From assembly GCA_965226545.1 (NCBI GenBank), contig OZ245364.1, forward strand, positions 2,170,397 to 2,234,396: DNA of 64,000 bases. Direction: 5' to 3'. The notes below the pieces were generated by a model. That model was given only the letters and a program-made list of their open reading frames with translations, made no database searches and had not been told where the DNA came from. Shown here piece by piece: positions 60,458 through 64,000 of this stretch; within the stretch, counting starts at the first letter, position 1; each line of letters begins with the position of its first letter. The position numbers were made by a program, and so were the translations under genes. Source of the stretch: Candidatus Poriferihabitaceae bacterium. GTDB taxonomy: Bacteria > Pseudomonadota > Gammaproteobacteria > Arenicellales > Poriferihabitantaceae.

Positions 60458-61861
60458 ATGCCCGCCATCGCCGAATTTCCCGCGCGCAACGCCGAATTCG
60501 AATCGCGCGCGCCGCGCTTGCCGCCGCAGGCGTTGGAAGCCGAGCAATCGGTGTTGGGCGGGTTGTTGTTGGATGGCGACAAATGGGATGAAGTCGCGGG
60601 CGAAGTCGGCGCGGAGGATTTTTATCACAACAATCATCGATTGATTTTTAGCGCGGTCGCCGGGCTGCAGCGCAACGGACAGCCGGTCGATTTGGTGACC
60701 GTCGAACAACAACTGCAAACCGAAGGGCATCTTGCGCAAATCGGCGGGCTGGCGTATTTAAGCACGCTCGCCAACAACACGCCGAGCACGGTCAACTTGG
60801 CCGCGTATGCAAAAATTGTGCGCGAACAGGCGGTGTTGCGTTCGCTCATCGCTGCGGCCAACCGCATCGCCGAAAAGGCGTATACGCCGCGCGGGGTTGC
60901 GCCGAATGAAGTGCTGGATTTTGCCGAACAACAAGTGTTTGCAATCGCCGAACGCGACGGGCGGCGGCGGCGCGGCTTTGCCGAATTGCGCGAATTGGTG
61001 ACGCATACGATGGATTATGTCGAGGATTTGCATGAACGCAACGACCCAATAACCGGCGTCGCCACCGGCTTCGCCGATATCGACGCCAAAACCGCCGGGC
61101 TGCAGCGCGGCGATTTGGTCATCATCGCCGGGCGACCGTCGATGGGCAAAACTGCGTTGGCGTTGAACATCGCCGAATACGCGGCGATACAAAAGAAAAT
61201 GCCGGTGGCGTTGTTTAGCATGGAGATGTCCGGCGAACAATTGGCGATGCGAATGTTGGCGTCGATTGGGCGCATCGATTCGAACAAAGTGCGCACCGGA
61301 CGACTCGACGACGCCGATTGGCCGCGATTGGCGGCGGCGGCGAAGATGCTTAACGACGCGCCGATTTATGTCGATGATTCGAGCGGCTTGAATCCATTGG
61401 AATTGCGTTCGCGCGCGCGCGACTTGGCGCGACAACAGCAACAGCCGCTTGGGTTGGTGATTGTCGATTATCTGCAGTTGATGCAATCCGGCGACAACAA
61501 TGAAAACCGCGCGACTGAAGTATCCAACATTACGCGCTCGCTAAAGATGTTGGCGAAGGAATTAAATGCGCCGTTGATTGCATTGTCGCAACTTAATCGC
61601 GGGCTGGAAAATCGCCCGAGCAAACGACCGCAGATGGCCGATTTGCGCGAATCCGGCGCGATTGAACAGGACGCCGATGTGATTTTTTTCATCTATCGCG
61701 ATGAAGTGTATAACCAAGACAGCGACGACCTCGGCGTCGCCGAAATCATCATCGGCAAACAACGCAACGGCCCAATCGGCACAACCAAATTAACCTTCCT
61801 CGGGCAATTCACCCGCTTCGAAGATTATCAAGCGCCAACCGATTCGCCGTATCCGACTTAA
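60458..61861 (+). CDS. dnaB: Replicative DNA helicase DnaB
   Basis: PPQALEAEQSVLGGLLLD (DnaB N-domain), Walker A GRPSMGKTALALN, and RecA-like C-domain motifs. The start at 60458 is preferred over the ORF start at 60350. Confidence 0.95.
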   Translation: MPAIAEFPARNAEFESRAPRLPPQALEAEQSVLGGLLLDGDKWDEVAGEVGAEDFYHNNHRLIFSAVAGLQRNGQPVDLVTVEQQLQTEGHLAQIGGLAYLSTLANNTPSTVNLAAYAKIVREQAVLRSLIAAANRIAEKAYTPRGVAPNEVLDFAEQQVFAIAERDGRRRRGFAELRELVTHTMDYVEDLHERNDPITGVATGFADIDAKTAGLQRGDLVIIAGRPSMGKTALALNIAEYAAIQKKMPVALFSMEMSGEQLAMRMLASIGRIDSNKVRTGRLDDADWPRLAAAAKMLNDAPIYVDDSSGLNPLELRSRARDLARQQQQPLGLVIVDYLQLMQSGDNNENRATEVSNITRSLKMLAKELNAPLIALSQLNRGLENRPSKRPQMADLRESGAIEQDADVIFFIYRDEVYNQDSDDLGVAEIIIGKQRNGPIGTTKLTFLGQFTRFEDYQAPTDSPYPT

Positions 61862-62077
61862 GCGGTTGGGTTTACTTTAACTTCGCGGTTGCCGTTTTGA
61901 TTGATTTTTATTTTTAGTTTACTTTACAGTTTACTTTTATAGTTTACTTTTATTTTATTTTTTTAGTTAACATTAACTTGATTCACTTTAAGTTGATAAC
62001 TTGTTAACTTATTAACGCATTAACTTCTTAACCCACCCGCATTACCCCATCGCTTATTTAACTTGAGCCAATCAACC

Positions 62078-63289
62078 ATGCCCCCCGATTGGCGTGCGCG
62101 CGCCTTGATTGACATTGGCGCATTGCGGCGCAATCTTGATGCGGTGCGCGAGAAAGCGGCCGGGTGTGCGGTGATGGCGGTGCTCAAAGCCGATGCATAC
62201 GGACACGGCATCGATGCGGTGTGTCGCGCGGTGCGCGGGCGAGTCGATGCCATCGCCGTGGCGACGATGGATGAAGCGTTGGCGTGTCGGGCGATTTGTG
62301 ATGAACTGCATATCTGCGTGTTGTCGCCCGGCATCGAGCGCGATTGGTTGGCGTTGTGCGCACGGATGCGATTGACGCCGGTGCTGCACGATTTTGCGCA
62401 ATTGCAGGCGGCGCAACAGTATGCAGGCGCGGCGTTGGAGGTGTGGCTGAAAGTGGACAGCGGAATGAATCGACTCGGCATCGCCTTCGATGACGCACAA
62501 ACCGCATTCACCCAACTGGCGCGCAATGCGCAAATTAACATTGTCGGCGTGATGTCGCATCTGGCAAATGCGGAAGTGCGTAATGTTAATGCAACTGTCG
62601 ATGCAACCGGCGCTGTCGTCGGCAATGCAATCAACGATGAAACTTGCAATGTAACTTGTGATGCAATCGACGATGCAACCGACGATGTAACTTACGATGT
62701 CACCAACGACATAACGCGCATACAAACCGAACGGTTTTTGCACAGCACCGCGCACTGCAATCGCCCGCGCAGTTTAGCCAACTCGGCGGCGGTGTGCGCG
62801 CATCCGTCAACGCATTTGGATTGGGTGCGTCCGGGGTTGATGTTATACGGCGCATCGCCGTTTGCGGATGTCGATGCGCGCGCCTTGGGATTGTCGGCGG
62901 TGATGAAATTGCAGACGCGATTATTGGCGGTCAAACAAATTGCGCGCGGCGCGCGGGTTGGCTATGGCGGCGCGTTTGTTGCGCGCAAGGCAATGCGAAT
63001 TGGCGTCGCCGGGCTGGGCTATGCCGACGGCTATCCGCGCCTGCCGGGCGTCGATGCATTCACCTTGGTGCGCGGCAAACGCGCGCCGATTGTCGGGCGG
63101 GTATCGATGGATATGATGACGTTGGATGTATCGAAGTGCGGCGCCGTCGAAGTCGGCGATGTGGTCGATGTGTGGGGCGATGATGCAACCCTCAACGTTG
63201 AACAAGTCGCCGCCGCCGGCGGAATGATTGCGCATGAGTTGCTGTGCCGAGTCGGCGCGCGAGTCGGGCGGGTGTATTTGGATTCGTGA
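62078..63289 (+). CDS. alr: Alanine racemase with a ~45-aa low-complexity insert
   Basis: MPPDWRARALIDIGALRRNLDAV..., the PLP-lysine region AVLKADAYGHG, and the conserved dnaB-alr neighbourhood. The insert is at ~62575-62715. Confidence 0.9.
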   Translation: MPPDWRARALIDIGALRRNLDAVREKAAGCAVMAVLKADAYGHGIDAVCRAVRGRVDAIAVATMDEALACRAICDELHICVLSPGIERDWLALCARMRLTPVLHDFAQLQAAQQYAGAALEVWLKVDSGMNRLGIAFDDAQTAFTQLARNAQINIVGVMSHLANAEVRNVNATVDATGAVVGNAINDETCNVTCDAIDDATDDVTYDVTNDITRIQTERFLHSTAHCNRPRSLANSAAVCAHPSTHLDWVRPGLMLYGASPFADVDARALGLSAVMKLQTRLLAVKQIARGARVGYGGAFVARKAMRIGVAGLGYADGYPRLPGVDAFTLVRGKRAPIVGRVSMDMMTLDVSKCGAVEVGDVVDVWGDDATLNVEQVAAAGGMIAHELLCRVGARVGRVYLDS

Positions 63290-63358
63290 ACTTGGTTGCG
63301 GGTGACGTTGTTGTTAACGTTAACGGTCAATTGTCGTGCATACTGATTCGCATCAAAT

Positions 63359-63473
63359 GATTTAAACCCGGAAATCTGTAATTTAATCAGCCGCATAAAG
63401 CCAAAGGCGCCAAAATTTTTGTGAAATATAAACGTCGCGCACGACGCAAAATAATCGCGTGTTGTAGCACCGC
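63359..63473 (-). repeat. Inverted-repeat copy B: orphan copy of the smc promoter and first 13 codons, pointing into the alr 3' end
   Basis: The reverse complement reads GCGGTGCTACAACACGCGATTATTTTGCGTCGTGCGCGACGTTTATATTTCACAAAAATTTTGGCGCCTTTGGCTTTATGCGGCTGATTAAATTACAGATTTCCGGGTTTAAATC. The ORF-track entry 63031-63486(-) contains MRLIKLQISGFKSF. Confidence 0.9.
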
Positions 63474-63700
63474 TTAATGAAAACACATAATCCCAAATAT
63501 TAATGGGTAAGCAAAACTAAATCGAAAACCTCGCCCAATTCCAACCCCCCGCACGCAAGCGGCGGTTACTTTGGTGAGATGATGGGGTTCGCTACAACCA
63601 AACTTTGCGGTAGCCATCGACATTACCGGGAAAATGTGCTAATACTGTCTGTAAGCGCATTGTCGCCCTGGATTAAACTTTTAACTCGAGGAAAATACTC

Positions 63701-64000
63701 ATGCCTGATTCTGAATGTTATCCCTACAAAGATAGTTGGCCTATTGAAGGTTTCACCATGGCTGAAAACCAATTTGTTCAATTCCGAATTAGGGGGCCGA
63801 TAGTACAAGCGCGCCCACCGCAAAAGGATTACCCACCTGACCAAAAAGGGTTTTCTACCCGACAGTCAGACTTCACTTATACGTGGCATGAAATACATGT
63901 CTCGTTTAACCTGGGTGCCCCTGCCGGAAATCCGTATGCCAACCCCGATGGTAAATATGCGGAAGTGTATGCAAAGTCGACGCGAAAACTTAAGCCAAAA
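63701..64000 (+). CDS. Hypothetical protein, N-terminal part; runs off the right edge
   Basis: Not in the ORF track (no stop). ATG at 63701 with GAGGA 10 nt upstream. It stays open for 100 codons: MPDSECYPYKDSWPIEGFTMAENQFVQFRIRGPIVQARPPQKDYPPDQKGFSTRQSDFTYTWHEIHVSFNLGAPAGNPYANPDGKYAEVYAK. Its AT-richer codon usage differs from the backbone. Confidence 0.5.
   Translation, partial: MPDSECYPYKDSWPIEGFTMAENQFVQFRIRGPIVQARPPQKDYPPDQKGFSTRQSDFTYTWHEIHVSFNLGAPAGNPYANPDGKYAEVYAKSTRKLKPK

Noticed and set aside
63031-63486. 151-aa minus-strand ORF containing MRLIKLQISGFKSF
   Set aside because: It is the orphan smc start of inverted-repeat copy B, read through antisense alr sequence. Beyond codon 13 it has no Smc similarity.
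63540-63660. tRNA-like or small-RNA-like segment (GGGGTTCGCTACAACC) next to the island boundary
   Set aside because: No acceptor or anticodon arms, or a proper T-loop (GTTCGAATC-type), can be drawn. I saw no cloverleaf.

Overview
This is a 64-kb chromosomal segment with the gene order of a high-G+C gammaproteobacterium. The backbone is ispF-ispD, mfd, a heptose/LPS block (ugd-hldA-hldD), lapA-lapB, the same-strand run gyrA-[R-M]-pheA-tyrA-aroA-cmk-rpsA-ihfB, hfq-hflX, dapD, radA, smc-zipA-ligA and dnaB-alr. I saw no rRNA or tRNA genes. Three visibly AT-richer insertions interrupt the backbone. (i) A two-gene type II restriction-modification module sits between gyrA and pheA (20.3-22.3 kb), with abutting or overlapping stop/start codons, where serC usually lies. 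(ii) A type II-C CRISPR-Cas locus spans 36.7-43.5 kb: cas9-cas1-cas2 on the minus strand plus a 30-repeat array in which every repeat ends in an extended -10 promoter. It has two competing anti-repeat/tracrRNA candidates, one fused directly to the terminal repeat. (iii) Another foreign-looking region begins at about 63.5 kb. Other non-standard content: a ~112-bp inverted duplication of the smc promoter plus first 13 codons that brackets the 19.7-kb smc...alr segment; four tandem paralogues of a DUF1640-like tail-anchored coiled-coil protein, plus a related membrane protein, next to a ~1,700-aa Ig-repeat autotransporter; a decayed duplicate of the radA 3' end; and a 148-bp tandem element in an abnormally long ispD-ispF gap. 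An AAGT/ACTT-cored, hexamer-periodic simple sequence fills most intergenic spacers and is also inserted in frame into essential genes (mfd, aroA, lapB, alr, ligA, zipA). All calls come from reading the sequence and the ORF track. No database search or folding program was available.
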